Made by a program: the position numbers and the translations under genes. DNA of 64,000 nt, from contig OX597819.1 in NCBI GenBank assembly GCA_951406725.2, positions 109,678,001-109,742,000 on the forward strand, written 5' to 3'. Shown piece after piece: positions 27,290 to 41,428 of this stretch; position 1 is the first letter of the stretch, and each line of letters begins with the position of its first letter. The DNA comes from Octopus vulgaris. Taxonomy: Eukaryota. The notes beneath the pieces are model-generated. The model had not been told where the DNA came from and did not search any database. It saw nothing but the letters and a program-made list of their open reading frames with translations.

Positions 27290-28469
27290 ACTCCAGGTCA
27301 GTCCCAATCGAGTAGACCTATGACGAATGTTATTCCCGCCGTGACCACCCTGTCTTGTTTTTTTCCCCCAATATACCTGGGAAGCCAGGACTGCTTTATC
27401 CGTGTTCTTTTTAAAAGCGGTAGTGTGTAGTTAAGGGAATGGAAGAAACTTCATTGTTATTTCTAGCGGATCAAGTAACAACATGGATACTCTCAGCAGC
27501 AGTAGTGCAGCAGCATCAGCATCAGCACCAGCAGCAGCAACGGAGTAGTAGTCATGGCAGCAAATAACAAAAGGTGTGTACGAAGGAGTTTCTAGGTCAT
27601 TGGCTCAAATCGTGACCTATGAGAAATAGCAGCCAAATCTACTAAAACAACACTATATCGTTTTTGAAAAGGATGGCGCTGGTGTTTTACTATTGTAGTC
27701 TTAAACTTGCAATGTAAAAAAAAAACAAAAAAAACAGACGGGACGGTCATGATAGGAACGCCTTTCATCATTATTCTGCTCAGTGTAGGGTTGACCAAGG
27801 ACTAAAGAACAATGACAATATCAACGACGATAACAGCAATAACAACAACAACAACAGCAGTAACAACAACAGCAGTAACAACAACAGCAACAACAACAAC
27901 AACCATATTTACGCGATTACGCATGTGTGTTATCGATTATCGATGAGCAAATCGCAAAATTACTTTACGAGTAATGACATGGTTAACACCATAAGCAGCA
28001 CTCACGCATACACGCGTGCACATAGATGCATACACATATACATACACACATACACACACAACCCATTCCTGTGGCAACGAAGATGCATCTACATAGTCAC
28101 TCAGTTTGCTAGAAATAGCAGCCAAATTTCCCCCAATAATCCCTTACATAAAAATAGCTGCGTCTGTGAACATACAGTAGTCCTTGAAGCACTATAGTTC
28201 AAAGCAGATAGGATGGTCATGGAAGGAATGTCTCTGGCCGTAGAACAACCTGATCACGATATTCTTTGAGCTTAACAACAACAACAACAACAGCAACAGC
28301 AAACACATACATACAGACTTTGATACGGATGTCAGTGCACACGCATACAAACACATACGCAGATACACAGAAGTGTATGTAACTTGCACATATCCACGCA
28401 TACATAGATACACACAGACTGGTGTGCGCACACTCGCACGCGTATACATATACTCATATATAAATGTGT

Positions 28470-29134
28470 ATAGGCACTGCAGAACTGCAGCACCCCCTAT
28501 TTCCACTCGATATTATCGTTAACATTCAATATAACGAGCCCTTTTTTCTTTAATTCTTTCTTTATACTTGTACATTATATAAGCCTTAATCTTAATGTCA
28601 GTAACCATCCCCTAGTTTATGAAAAAAATACAAAAATCCATGTATAGAACTGTGCGCTCCACAGTTCCAGCGACGCGGTGTTTGCCTGTTGTGCGCATGC
28701 TCATATGTCCGAGATAGGAAGCTGCACGCTAAGGAGAGAGAGCACTGTGGTTCACGCAGTGCCGACCCTGGTGTGCTGGTGAAAGGCAGTGTTTCTTTTT
28801 GACTCTGCGTGTGTTGTGCTTAAAAATGTGTTTATATTCTTGAATGTGATAAAGTGTAGAATTAGATTATTATCCTGCTTCCAGCTACAGTGTGGCTGCC
28901 AGGTTTCGAAAAATAGGACAGTTTTTCTCTTATTTTGTGATTTAGGGGGATTTTTGAAAAACATGGAGGAATTCGCGGCGGTGTTCATTGAATAAATTAA
29001 ACGCTCTACCCAAACCGATCAAGTTTATATATAATTTTTTTTTACATGTTTGTTTCCTTTTGCACAATATTAAAACAACGGCTAAAAATTTTCTGAAGTA
29101 GCACCCCCACTAATTTTATCTACGAGCCACCGCT
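28470..29134. mobile_element. Possible DNA-transposon remnant (cagcggtggctcgta-type terminus, gcacccc subterminal motifs)
   Basis: Right end tacgagccaccgctg; gcaccccc motifs near both ends. The left TIR is missing. Confidence 0.35.
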
Positions 29135-30065
29135 GGTGCTAATGCCCATTTGCACTGTTTGCACAGATGGTGGCGTGCACACGCACATGTGTACACACCT
29201 ATGTGAACTCCCACGCACACATAGAGGTAGTCATTCATAGAAGTGAATAGACACACGCACGCACACAAGCACACACGAACACACATGCCCATTCACACGC
29301 ACAAACACACAACACACACATGTGCAACACTCTCTCACACACACACGCACACATACACTTGCAACCACCAACACATACACACGTGAGCTTCTTCGCACAC
29401 ATACAAAACGCATTTACAGACGTGAGCAATCCCACGCATACACACATACATATACACATATACACACATACACTCTATAAACACATCTGTTTTCTGGTTG
29501 TCGTCGCTACGTTAAGTATTGAACGACAGTCTATCTAATGTAATTTACCCCCACCCACGCGCGCACATGCACACTTCACACACATACACATACAACACAC
29601 ACGCACACACACACACACACACGCTCCCTCTCACTCTCTTTCTCATTCGCTCTCTGTGTCACATACACATTCACACATACATATACAAATACAAACGCAT
29701 GAAGCCTTCTTTATACCGCATATGTTGGTTGGCATAAGAGAGCTAAAGTGTTGCTCCTTGTAAGTTTTATAAAAACACCAAGAGTATTTTGTCATAGTTT
29801 TAGCAAAGTTTAGTGGTTATATAACAGCTGTTGCTTAATTATTTGATTGAACTACTTAATGCTCAATTATTAATTTTCAGGTGTGTATTGAAGAAGTTCG
29901 TATGTTTCAGACAGCACACCATCAGGAGGTTAACAGTATAAGTATAAGCCAGACAAGGAACTGATACCGGATGTACCTACTAGAAATCACAGTCATGTGA
30001 TTTCTAGAAAATCAATGCATAACTTCCCATGGGAGACTAACAAATGTAGATTTGTAGCCTTTAAC

Positions 30066-30144
<79 letters not shown>

Positions 30145-30178
30145 GCTTTTTGCTCCTTTGTCTCGATAGATAAAAAGG

Positions 30179-30311
30179 CGTAAGAACAGCATTGTCAATT
30201 TAAAGCGCCCTCTGTGGACTGAAAGATACACTTTTAGCTTGTTTCAGTAAGCTCGAAATGCATCTATTATTCCAAAGATGGCGCTTTAAACTGACAAGGG
30301 TATTCTTACAC
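30179..30311. repeat. Small fold-back (MITE-like) element
   Basis: ttgtcaatttaaagcgccctctgtgga (30192-30218) is the inverted partner of tccaaagatggcgctttaaactgacaa (30271-30297), with 3 mismatches. Confidence 0.75.
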
Positions 30312-31049
30312 CTAGAGCGAGAATGTTTTCTACGCTGTAAACTGCAGTGTAATAGCCTATGCAAGTTGAAGTGTTGCAGATATATTTGAACTGAGGTTTG
30401 TTTATTTTCCCTTACTGCTTTCCACGTATAACAAGTCACAATCTCAGTCTTTTCTCAGGAGATTTATTGAAATATACAATATAACTCCCAGTCTCTGATT
30501 GCCCTAAACTCTACCTTCAAAATTGCCAAGGTTGTGAGGCATATCAAATCAAATGTAGAAGCAATCACGGTTTCTCCAGATAACGTGATGTCAGCTATTG
30601 CTATGAATGCTCACAAATAAGTTCTCTTATTTATTAATCGCTCAGCACAGCATTTCAGAAACTATTCTCGTGCTGCTTCTTATTGTAAGCCATACTGGCC
30701 AATGTTTTTGGTCAGGATGTAACTATATGTCATATGCTCAATACTGTTCTACAAAATATTAGAAATATTAGATTATTCCGTCATTCACGAATTGGCGAGC
30801 GGAAAGCAAATTGAAACTGTTAAGGCTGAAGTGTTAACTGGATCCTCAAGAGACTGAAATCGGAGAAATGCTTGCCTCCCGGATCCAGAATGTTTTAACT
30901 CGAATTAAAAGATTCCCGGATTCCGTTTACATTAGGTACATATCGTATTAAATGTGTTAACATGCAAAATCCTAGTTGGCTACCCACGCTGGCCAATGTT
31001 ATCGTTGTCAGCGCTACAATCATGGCGTTAGTTTTCCGCTCTGCTCAGA

Positions 31050-32780
31050 AAAATCACCTACCACATAGCACTTATCAAAGGAACAAAATGTCATATCACC
31101 AATTGCGCTTACCGAGCAACCTTCACTGGGTGTCTTATTAGAAAAAATCTTAATTGCTGAAATTCAGATTAATTCAGTAACCAACATTGATTTAATTAGC
31201 ACAAACCAATTAGCCAGTTTGATGAGTTTCAATTATGTATTCTGACATAATCTATCTTCCAAGTTATCTTTCTGTATCAACTTTTTACTTATTCTATACC
31301 GGTCTCTGCCGTTTCAATGACTGGATTTGATTTTCTATATTTCGCAAAGACCGTAGTAATCATGAAGAGATTCGATCGTTTACTAAACTCTGTCTCAACA
31401 TTAAACGTAATTTTGCTCTTGAAATTAGTTGCTTCCTTCCTGACTACAATAACTTCAATAACTTTTACTTAGTATTCTCATTATTAGCTTTCAAATTCTA
31501 AGTTAGATATAGTATGAAAATTTCCTTTCATATACTTTTGAATCGAACCCTGATACTGTAAGATCCTTTTGATGCTTGTTTTCCCTCGTGGTTATTTTGT
31601 AACATCGCCAATTCAGCTGGGACTCAAATGAATGAATCTCTAAATGATAACGATCTAACATAAATTACAACTCTTCCAACAGAGTCATGTAGCAAGACAA
31701 GTTCATCGCTCGATTTTGTTATCACTAACACAGCTGACTATATTTTGCTAGTGTTTGCTGATCCTCCAATCGGTACCTCTGATCATACTGTAATTATTTT
31801 TAGCTTATCTACACAATACAATTCAATTACTGACTTGTCTTCTGACACAAAATTCTTAAAAGTCAATGATTGGATTGCTATAAAGAGTTCGCTCTTCTAT
31901 ATTGAATAGAATATATTTGGTTCTGTTGAAAATGCGCATTTCAAATTGGAGTAAGTTCAAAACAATTTATTTTGATATGCCCAGATGTCATTCCTAGTCA
32001 ATAAGTGAAATCAGTTTGGAATTATAGATATTTTTTTTTTTTTACCAAACTGAAAACTGACAAAGGGGCGAGAAGTGAGAGACAGTATATATTTCTGATA
32101 ACTTGGATAGTTTCTATTCTGTCTTTGCCAAAACGAGCAAACAGCTTCATGATTAGATTAAACTTGATAAATCTATTCATTTTTTTTTATTGGCAGCACA
32201 ACGGATTTGACAGAATAAAATAATTTCTAAAAATTGGCGCAACTTATCTAAATATCTGTACGTTGGTGAGAAAGTTACTGTTAAGATTCTGCAGTTATTT
32301 CATAATATTATCACCACAATTCCACACACCAAGAATAATCTATTTAATGAGTATTTTGCTTTCAAGGCCGGTAACAACAAATCTGCGTCATTTCCAGGAC
32401 TTACAAACTTCAGAATGCCGAGGTAACTTTATTATGCTCGCTAGATTGCATTAAATCCACCGGGCCAGACGAAATTCAGAACTCTGTTCTACGTGGTTGC
32501 TGTAGTTCTCTCTTTCTCCACACCTTTGTTTTAGCTCTTCCATCAATCAATTAATAAAGGTATGTCTTCTACAGACTGAAAGTCTGTCGCTGTTGCACCA
32601 ATCGACAAAATTAAAGGTAGTAAATTTGATTCTGATAGCTTTAGATCGCTCTCAATTCATGCGTTGTTAAACTGTTGGAGCGTTTAGTCAATGATAAAAT
32701 TTTGGATTATTTATGCTCGCATAATTTGATTTCCTCTGCTGAATTTGGAGTTTTACCTCGCCACTCAACTACAGATAAAC
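31050..32780 (+). pseudogene. Decayed CR1-group LINE ORF2 (APE endonuclease + RT N-terminus)
   Basis: SSLDFVITN...PPIGTSDHTVI (APE end), KSTGPDEI, D*KSVAVAPIDKIKGSKFDSDSFRSLS, VKLLERLVNDKILDYLCSHNLISSAEFGVLPRHST. Many stops and frameshifts; the 5' boundary is approximate. Confidence 0.85.
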
Positions 32781-33192
32781 CTAACTTTGTCTCATTTTGA
32801 ATTTATAAATCTACGTCAGCAATTTTACTGGAATTTGTGATTATGTTTCTTACTGAAATTTGTTGCAGCATTTCTTACTGTTCTCCATGCAAACATTCCC
32901 TGCTTGCAGAATACGTATTTAAAAGTTTATTCTATTCTTCTACTAATGATCTAAGCCAGAGGCTGTGGCCACACTGGGGCACTACCATTAGTATTAATGC
33001 TTGCATATCTTAGGCTCATTTACCGGCTCTGTCTCCGGAATTGTTCATGATGGAATAGTGAGTACGATAAGGCTGACCTTCTTTGCGTTTCTTACAATGA
33101 TGTGGGTCCATCTAGTTTATCAGATAAAAATTTATCTAATCGTTACTCAACTTTTTCAAGGAAGAACTCAATGCTTGGAGTTAGTTATGCAG

Positions 33193-33315
<123 letters not shown>

Positions 33316-33329
33316 GATCTATCTATCTA

Positions 33330-33722
33330 TTCTTTTACTTTTACTTGTTTCAGTCATTTGACTGTGACCATGCTGGAGCACCGCCTTTAGTCGAGCAAAT
33401 CTACCCCAGGACTTATTCTTTGTAAGCCTCGGTTTCTTTTGCCGAACCGCTAAGTTACGGGGACGTAACCACACCAGCATCGGTTGTTAAGCGATGTTGG
33501 GAGGGGACAATCACAGACACACAAAAATACACACACACACACATATATACGACGGGCTTCTTTCAGTTTTCGTCTACCAAATCCACTCACAAGGCTTTGG
33601 TCGGCCCGAGGCTATAGTAGAAGATACTTGCCCAAGGTGTCACGCAGTGGGACTGAACCCGGAACCATGTGGTTGGTAAGGTTGCTAAGGAAGCTACTTA
33701 CCACACAGCTACTCCTGCGCCT
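33330..33722 (-). mobile_element. Full-length SINE family B
   Basis: tRNA-like head at 33722, CORE-like body, internal (GT)n, and (AGTAAA)n-type tail. Confidence 0.92.
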
Positions 33723-33739
33723 AAATATACATACATACA

Positions 33740-33773
<34 letters not shown>

Positions 33774-33859
33774 CATACATACATACATACATACATACAT
33801 GCATACATACATACATACATACATGCATGCATGCATCCTATGTTTTTTTTTATTAATTG

Positions 33860-34008
33860 ATAAATGGTTCTACAACAGAAAATCGCTTTCCCAGCAAGAA
33901 TGAATGGCTTGGGAAAAAGATTTACGATACACCGCAGCAAAGTATTATATAAATATGTAACACACACACAGAAAAACACAATCAATACGAAGCAAGGAAC
34001 TGTGTGTA

Positions 34009-34044
<36 letters not shown>

Positions 34045-34103
34045 TGCGCGCGCATGTGTGTGAAAGGAGAGTTGTTCCCTACAGAATATCTCTCCAGCTG
34101 CTT
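33860..34103 (+). repeat. ~245-bp direct repeat, copy 2
   Basis: Matches 26961-27221. Confidence 0.9.
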
Positions 34104-34812
34104 TAGGCACGAGGGAAGCAGATTTTAGGGGAGGACTAAGTCAACACAATCACATCCAGTATTTACTTGGTGCTTTTATTGACCACCATCCCTCTCACAG
34201 GGATGAAAGTGAAAGTTGACCTTGATAGAATTTGAATTCAGAACGTAGAGCCAGAAGAAATGCTTTAAAACATTTTTTCTGACGCTTTAGCAATTCTGAC
34301 AGCATATGGCCTGAAATTTTGGATGACAAAACTCAGTTCGACACCAGTGCTCAACTGGTGCTTATTTTATGCGAAAGGATGAAAGACCTTGACAGAATTC
34401 GAACCCAGAACGTAAAGCCAGACGAAATGCCGCTAAGCATTTCAACCGGCGTGCTAACGATTCTGCCAGCTCGTTGCCTACTAATAAACATTTCTACTCT
34501 TGGCACAAGGCCTGAAATTTGGGGGAGGGATTAAGTCGATTACATCGACCCCAGTACTCAACTGGTACTTAATTTATCGACCCAGAAAGGCTGAAATGCA
34601 AAGTCGACCTTGGCGGGATTTGAACTCAGAACGTAACGGCAGACGAAATACCTATTTCTTTACTACCCACAAGGGGCTAAACACAGAGAAGACAAACAAG
34701 GACAGACAAATGGATTAAGTTGATTATATCGACACAGTACGTAACTGGTACTTATTTAATCGACCCCGAAAGGATGAAAGGCAAAGTCGACCTCGGTGGA
34801 ATTTGAACTCAA
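34104..34812 (-). mobile_element. Cluster of SINE family A copies (diverged monomers plus a tail1/tail2 dimer)
   Basis: Four family A bodies on the minus strand; a tail1|GGTATTTC junction lies near 34650. Confidence 0.85.
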
Positions 34813-34818
34813 AAAACT

Positions 34819-35115
34819 TTGTCCTTGTTTGTCCCCTCTATGTTTAGCCCCTTGTGGGCAATAAAGAAATAAGAAACGTTAGAACGCCGGGTGAAAGGCT
34901 TAGTAGTATTTCGTCTGTCTTTACGTTCTGATTTAAAATTTCGCCGAGGTCGACTTTGCCTTTCATCCTCCTCCCAAATCTAGGGCCTTGTGCCTAGAAT
35001 AGAAAAGATTATTATTCAGGCAGCAATTTGGCAGAATTGTTGAAGTGTTGGAAAAATCCTTTGAGATATTTCTTCTGGCCCTTTACATTCCGGGTTCAAA
35101 TTCTGCTAAGGCTAA
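34819..35115 (+). mobile_element. SINE family A (tail1|AGAAAC junction, tail2), plus a diverged head
   Basis: ttagccccttgtgggcaataaagaaata|agaaacgttag...ggccttgtgcctagaatagaaaagattatt. Confidence 0.85.
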
Positions 35116-35793
35116 ATCACTTATTAGCTCTGATACATTTGTTTCTACGAGTACTTGTCGAAGCAGTTTTAACTGTTCTGATTCCCCTGTTTGTGCCATC
35201 ATATGGCAACAGAGCTATGACTTGCATCGTATGTTTCCTTGGATAAATTTTCTTTTGTTACTCTGATGTTGTTTAACTTCACGCCAAACCTGATAAAGCA
35301 ACAGCAGCAAATCTTTGGTCGAAAGTAGACCTACCATGACTCTCACGTCTCTTTCATATTAGTGACTACATTGTTCATTGAATCTGTCTGTTTCTTGCTT
35401 TTCAAGACAGCGTATGAGTGTGATCTGAGGGAGTTTTGGCTACTATTCATTGTACATCGAGCAACTACATAGAAGCATTTCTGATATTTTGTAAGTTAGT
35501 AATTGATTATATAAATCTACCATATTCAACTTACATAACAGATGTATATAAACTTTACGCATGCGTGTGTTTGTCGTAATATGTAAAATGATATTAACAC
35601 AGCGATAAGATGTCTATCTCTCCTCGTGGATCAATGGTCATCTACGTATAATCTCGAAGTATATATCCTAGAAACTTTGGGTGTCTTGTTACATAGAAAG
35701 AGATAAAGAAGCCACTAAGTTTCGAAGATAAAACGAAAAATATCGATAGTGTACGCCTCGCACGTACACACAAAACTCACTCACAAACGCGTT

Positions 35794-35879
<86 letters not shown>

Positions 35880-36039
35880 TCTCGTCAACAGCTGTCCTGA
35901 AACAAGGTATTAATTTCCTATAAGAGAAATTATTGGAAATAAATAAATAAATAAATAAATGATTAAGTAATTAAATAAATAATGAAATAAAAATCTGTGT
36001 TGAGATTCATTTACAAGAACGAGTATTATGAATGGTAGT

Positions 36040-36530
36040 TGATTGGAGGTTGTGCTAGTGGTGGTTGTGGTGGTGTTGGCTGTGTTGGTATTGATCGTGG
36101 TGGTGTTGGTATTGGTCGTGGTGGTGTTGGTTGTGGTGGTGTTGGTTGTGGTGGTAATTGCGGTGATGTTGATGGTGGTAGTGGTGGTAGTGGTGGTAGT
36201 GGTGGTAGTGGTAGTAAGTGTAGTAGTGGTGTTGGTGGAGGTGGCTGTGATGGAAGTAGTAGTGTTGGAGATGGTTGTTACGGTGGTGGCCATGATGGTG
36301 ATGACGGATAAGTATCAGCATCGAAAATCAGAGGAAAATACTATAGTAACATCAACAATAACGCCATCATCAATGACAAGGACCGTAACAATGACAACAG
36401 CAACAACAACAACAACAACAACAACAACAGCAGTAGCAGCAGCAACAACAACAACAAACAAATAAAACTGCGGTAAACAAGAACAAGAACAACAGTAATA
36501 ATGATTTCGCCAATTGTAGTAGCATCAACA
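36040..36530. repeat. Degenerate (GGT)n then (AAC/AGC)n low-complexity tract
   Basis: Visible trinucleotide degeneracy; source of the poly-T, poly-V, poly-G and poly-H ORFs. Confidence 0.9.
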
Positions 36531-36556
36531 ACAACTGTGAAAACCCAAAAGAATAT

Positions 36557-37533
36557 TGTTACGGAGAGGAATAAACGGGAAAACGCTATGCCCTAGTTCC
36601 GTTGGTTGGAGTCGAACCGGCGAGGGAAAAAAGTAATGGTTCTTTGTCTTGTCAACAGCAAGGTTAAGATTAATGAGTTTAGGAAGTACCTCTGACCCTT
36701 ACACGGTCAGGGAAAGTTAGAAAAAAAATGGGAATGCCACCCATTAAAATGCGACGAACTGGTGTTAGGGAGATCAGACAGTGAAGGGCCGGAAAAGAGT
36801 TCGGTTGGGACAGCGAGTCGATGCAGACGGCCAACGAGGAGATGACAGTTGGCAAGAGGCGAGGAAGACAGGCAGAGAAGATTGGGAATTGACAGGCGAG
36901 AGGTAGAGAAGAAGATGACAGCGAAGAAGCTGGACTACTTATAGTGGGAGTTGTGATGTTCAGGAAGTGTTGCCGGTATTGTTGTTCATGTTTTGATTTG
37001 TGCTTTGGACTTTAATGTTGAATTATGATGTATGAAAAAACAAAAAGAGACTCTGTAAAAAGAATGTGTAATCTGTTTAAGAAAAAAAAGAACTTGTAAA
37101 TGTTTAAAGAAAATTGAGAACGAACTCTCTGCGTAAGAAGAGAAGGAGGAGAAAAGAAAAGAGAAAGACTTTGTTTGATTCTGTATTGTGTTGCATGTAA
37201 ACTAGTTGATTGTTTTGGAAAAGTCGATTTGTGTATTACATTTGATTGATTTTGTAAAGTTATGAATTGTTAAATGCTTTTGTTTTTAAATGTATTTGAA
37301 ATGTATTTGAAATGTATTACGTTTAATTGATGTTGTAAAATTATATGAATTGTGTTGTTAAATGTAAGCAAATGCCTTCCGCTGACTCTCTCTCCTGTTG
37401 TTGTTGTCGTCTCCGGTTACTGGTTTGCGTTCGCTTTCCACTCCCGCTTTCTGTGGTGGATTTCCATTTGACTGAGCGTAGTCGTCGTCGCTCGACTTAG
37501 GGTTCTGAGTCGAGTTGAGCGACGGTCGTAACA
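36557..37533 (-). mobile_element. Solo LTR, Gypsy-type (977 bp)
   Basis: Perfect terminal inverted repeat TGTTACG...CGTAACA and 4-bp TSD ATAT (36553-36556 / 37534-37537). Orientation is inferred from a TATA-like tataagta on the minus strand near 36940. Confidence 0.85.
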
Positions 37534-37606
37534 ATATGTATCATATACATCTGTAACCCTTATATGTACATACATGTATACAGTCAATCTCACATATATA
37601 TACATA

Positions 37607-37719
<113 letters not shown>

Positions 37720-37725
37720 CATACA

Positions 37726-38590
37726 CACAGGGTTTGGACAAAATAATGGAAACACCTAGCATCATAGCATCATAATTTTGAAATATCTATAAAACCGTCA
37801 AAAGCTTGTTTATTTTTATGTTTTTGATTTATTATTAGTGTTGCTTAATATGTTTTGCCAAACTTGCTGTTTTTTTTAGATATCATCAGAAAAAAGTAAT
37901 TAAAATTCAATAAAATGACATATCTATCGGACTTTCAAAGAGGTCAAATTGTTGGTGCTCGTATGGCAGGTGCTAGCGTAACGAAAACAGCCGAAATGTT
38001 TCGTGTATCAAGAAGTACTGTCTCGAAAGTAATGACAGCCTTTGAGAAAGGGAAAAACCTCCTCGTCGAAACAAAACTTCGGAAGAAAACCAAAACTTTC
38101 AGATAGGGACCGTCGGACTCTTACGCGAATTGTTAAAAAAGATCACAAAAGCTTAATGACTACCTCAAGGAGCCAGTTTCCACAAAAACTGTTCGCCAGG
38201 AGCTACACAAAGCCGGATTTCACGGGAGGGCTGCAATCAGAAAACCACTACTTTCAAAAACAAACGTTGCAAAGCATTGAGAGTGGAGTAAAAACCCACA
38301 GGATTGGTCCCTAAAGCAATGGAAGAATGTTATTTTCTCGGAGGAGTTATCCTTTACCTTATTTCCGACCACCGGGCGAGTGTACGTGTGGAGACAGCCA
38401 AAAGAAGCATTTGACCCAGACGGCCTTCTTCCAACTGTTAAACATGAAGGAAGATCTGTGATGATCTGGGGTGGGGGCTATATCTTGGAAATCCGCCTGC
38501 CTAGTGGTTTCCCTTCATGGCAGAAATAATAGTCAAGACTATTTAAGCATTTTATCTGATCAAATTCATCCTATGGTTGTGGAACTGTTT
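37726..38590 (+). mobile_element. Tc1-like transposon, left TIR plus frameshifted transposase, truncated by a SINE array
   Basis: TIR cagggtttggacaaaataatggaaacacc. MTYLSDFQRGQIVGARMAGASVTKTAEMFRVSRSTVSKV, GRKPKLSDRDRRTL, RKPLLS, QWKNVIFSEE, PTVKHEGRSVMIWG, YLSILSDQIHP. Confidence 0.95.
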
Positions 38591-38965
38591 CTTTACTACC
38601 CACAAGGGGCTAAACACAGAGAGGACAGACAAGGACAGAAAAACGGATTAAGTCGATTATATCGACCCAGTGCGTAACTGGTACTTAATTTATCGACCCT
38701 GAGAGGATGAAAGGCAAAGTCGACCTCGGCAGAATTTGAACTCAGAACATAACGGCAGACGAAATACCTATTTCTTTATTACCCACAAGGGGCTAAACAC
38801 AGAGGGGACAAACATGGACAGACATAGGTATTAAGTCGATTATATCGACCCCAGTGCTTAACTGGTACTTAATTTATCGACCCCGAAAGGATGAAAGGCA
38901 AAGTCGACCTCGGCGGAATTAAGCATTTTGCCCGGCGTGCTAACGTTTCCGCCAGATCGCCACCT
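38587..38965 (-). mobile_element. SINE family A dimer (tail1, tail1)
   Basis: Two ~180-bp units joined at tail1|GGTATTTC; head at about 38965. Confidence 0.9.
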
Positions 38966-40492
38966 TATATGAGTTTCTCAAACCACATGAGTTTCTCTCA
39001 TGGTTACTGCCGGAGTATAGTTTGCTCAAACAGATCATCCACGTTTAAGTGGGGATAAGTATTACCTTTAATGATAAGTATTCAGAGAACCACACTCGAC
39101 AACCACACGATTTATCTGTACAGCAACACACACAAGCCTTTGTCTACAATAAATTTTGGAACCTACACTTTACATCCACACCTCTCATAAACACGACAAT
39201 ACGCTCATTGTCCTTATACAACGAGTATTTTGACAACTCAAATACTGCACCGCACCGCTTGTACAAACATCACATGACTACTTAAATGAACCGTTCTAAA
39301 TGTCATCGACGTATCGACGTCAGCAAAACATTTCAAACCATTAACTGTTCAATGACTTCCATTTCCGATTGGTTTTTGATCTTCGCTACAACAAAGGAAA
39401 TTGTATTATTTTTTTAGCATGGAATTTTAGTTTGACTTGCATGATTTTTATAGCCCCAGGTTTGTCCAGATCAAGCAGATGTATTTTTAAAGCATTTTAA
39501 CTGTGACAATCTCGTTTTTTTTCAAGGATAACTATACTCAACTCAGACTAGCTGTGTCAAACTGCATCAGCCAATATGACCTTATCATTTTTAACAGTTG
39601 GATCTGATTTGTGAGAGAATTGGCTGTTATTTTTAGCAGGTCATGCAACTAAACAGAGATTCACTCATTGGCCTTTAGCATGCTGTGTTGTTGCTGCTAT
39701 GCTTTTGTTGTTGGTGCTTAGCGCAGTCAACCCAGATGCAAAGCGCATTGTGACCAGCGATGTGTAACAACATCTGATAGTCTAGTCAGTCACGTGATCA
39801 CGTGATATATCATTATGTTTCCTATGCTATTTTATATATCTCTCCTCTACATTTGAGAAACTGGCACCGACTGATTGGGAACTCAAAACAACAGGAAGTT
39901 GCACAGATAGACAGGAAGTAGTAGGGAAGAAAATTTGGGTTAGGTGGGGAGATAGCTACACACCTTTCCCGGATCTCCTTGGATCCTGTTTTAGTTTATA
40001 TACGCACACGTGTGTGTGCTTGTATACATATGCATGTATGTATATAAATACACACACACACATAGTATGTAGGTATGTATGTGTGTATGTATATATTTAT
40101 GCATGTATGAAGGATTTCTTGGAGACTGAAGGCATAATATGGAAATCTGCCGAATTGTGTTTTCATAACATGACACTATAAATAGCTCATATTTAGATAG
40201 CGTACGCAAGGAGTCGAAACAGGGGCAGCTGAAGAAGGGCAATGTTTCTTGTGTTGTCTTGTACTCTGTTTTTTCGTTGTTAAAAAAAGTCCGTTTCCTT
40301 GTTTTGTTTTTATGTTTTCGTTTCTCGATATTTGTGGTGTCCTGTGCCCATATATGCATTTATATATACATATAGATGTAGGTATGTACATATATGTATG
40401 TATATATGTATGCATATGTTTTATTTATTAAATTGTTATTATATGATCGAACGCCACGCGTCGTCTTCTTCCAAGTAAGTTTTATATATATC

Positions 40493-40713
40493 CTTTTACT
40501 CTTTTTACTCTTTTACTCGTTTCAGTCATTTGACTGCGGCCATGCTGGAGCACCGCCTTTAATCGAGCAACTCGAACCCGGGACTTATTCTTTGTAAGCC
40601 CAGTACTTATCCTATTGGTCTCTTTTGCCGAACCGCTAAGTAACGGGGACATAAACACACCAGCATCGGTTGTCAAGCAATGCTAGGGGGACAAACACAG
40701 ACACACAAACACA

Positions 40714-40751
<38 letters not shown>

Positions 40752-40923
40752 CATATATACGATGGGCTTCTTTCAGTTTCCGTCTACCAAATCCACTCAC
40801 AAGGCTTTGGTCGGCCCGAGGCTATAGCAGAAGACACTTACCCAAGGTGCCACTCAGTGAGACTGAACCCGGAACCATGTGGTTTGTAAACAAGCTACTT
40901 AGCACACAGCCACTCCTGCGCCT
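40493..40923 (-). mobile_element. Full-length SINE family B
   Basis: Head aggcgcaggagtggctgtgtg and (GAGTAAAA)n tail at 40493-40520. Confidence 0.92.
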
Positions 40924-41221
40924 ATATATATAGCATATATATATAACATATATATATATGTTAAATATATATATATATATATATATATCGAGAGCGGGAG
41001 AAAGAGATAGATACATAGATAGAGAGAGAGAGAGGGAGAGTGAGAGAAAATGGACTACACAGAACAAGAGGAGACATGTGAGAACAGGATTCGTTGAAGA
41101 GGTCACGAAATATGAGACGAAAGAGCTTAAAGGACACTCAAATAATATTATTAACAATAATAGAACTGAAGTGAAGACAAGTATGTAGTGCATGCGTTTG
41201 ATTGGCAAAAATATGACCATC

Positions 41222-41318
41222 CCTCAAGGCTTTTTCACTTACCGAGCATTAAACTAATACATCTGTTTGTTGTCTATACCACCTATCTTCGTCTTTTGTA
41301 TCTTTTCTTTGAATTCTC

Positions 41319-41392
<74 letters not shown>

Positions 41393-41395
41393 CAT

Positions 41396-41428
<33 letters not shown>

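Noticed and set aside
29881-29965. Possible plus-strand exon after ttttcag (VCIEEVRMFQ...)
   Set aside because: Short, reaches a stop, and has no partner exons or homology.
36039-36465. Gly-rich, Thr-rich or His-rich structural protein ORFs
   Set aside because: Degenerate (GGT)n tract open in several frames on both strands.
40215-40245. GAAAC...CTGAAGA as a permuted hammerhead (also near 9497-9515)
   Set aside because: Stems I and III and a NUH site cannot be formed convincingly.
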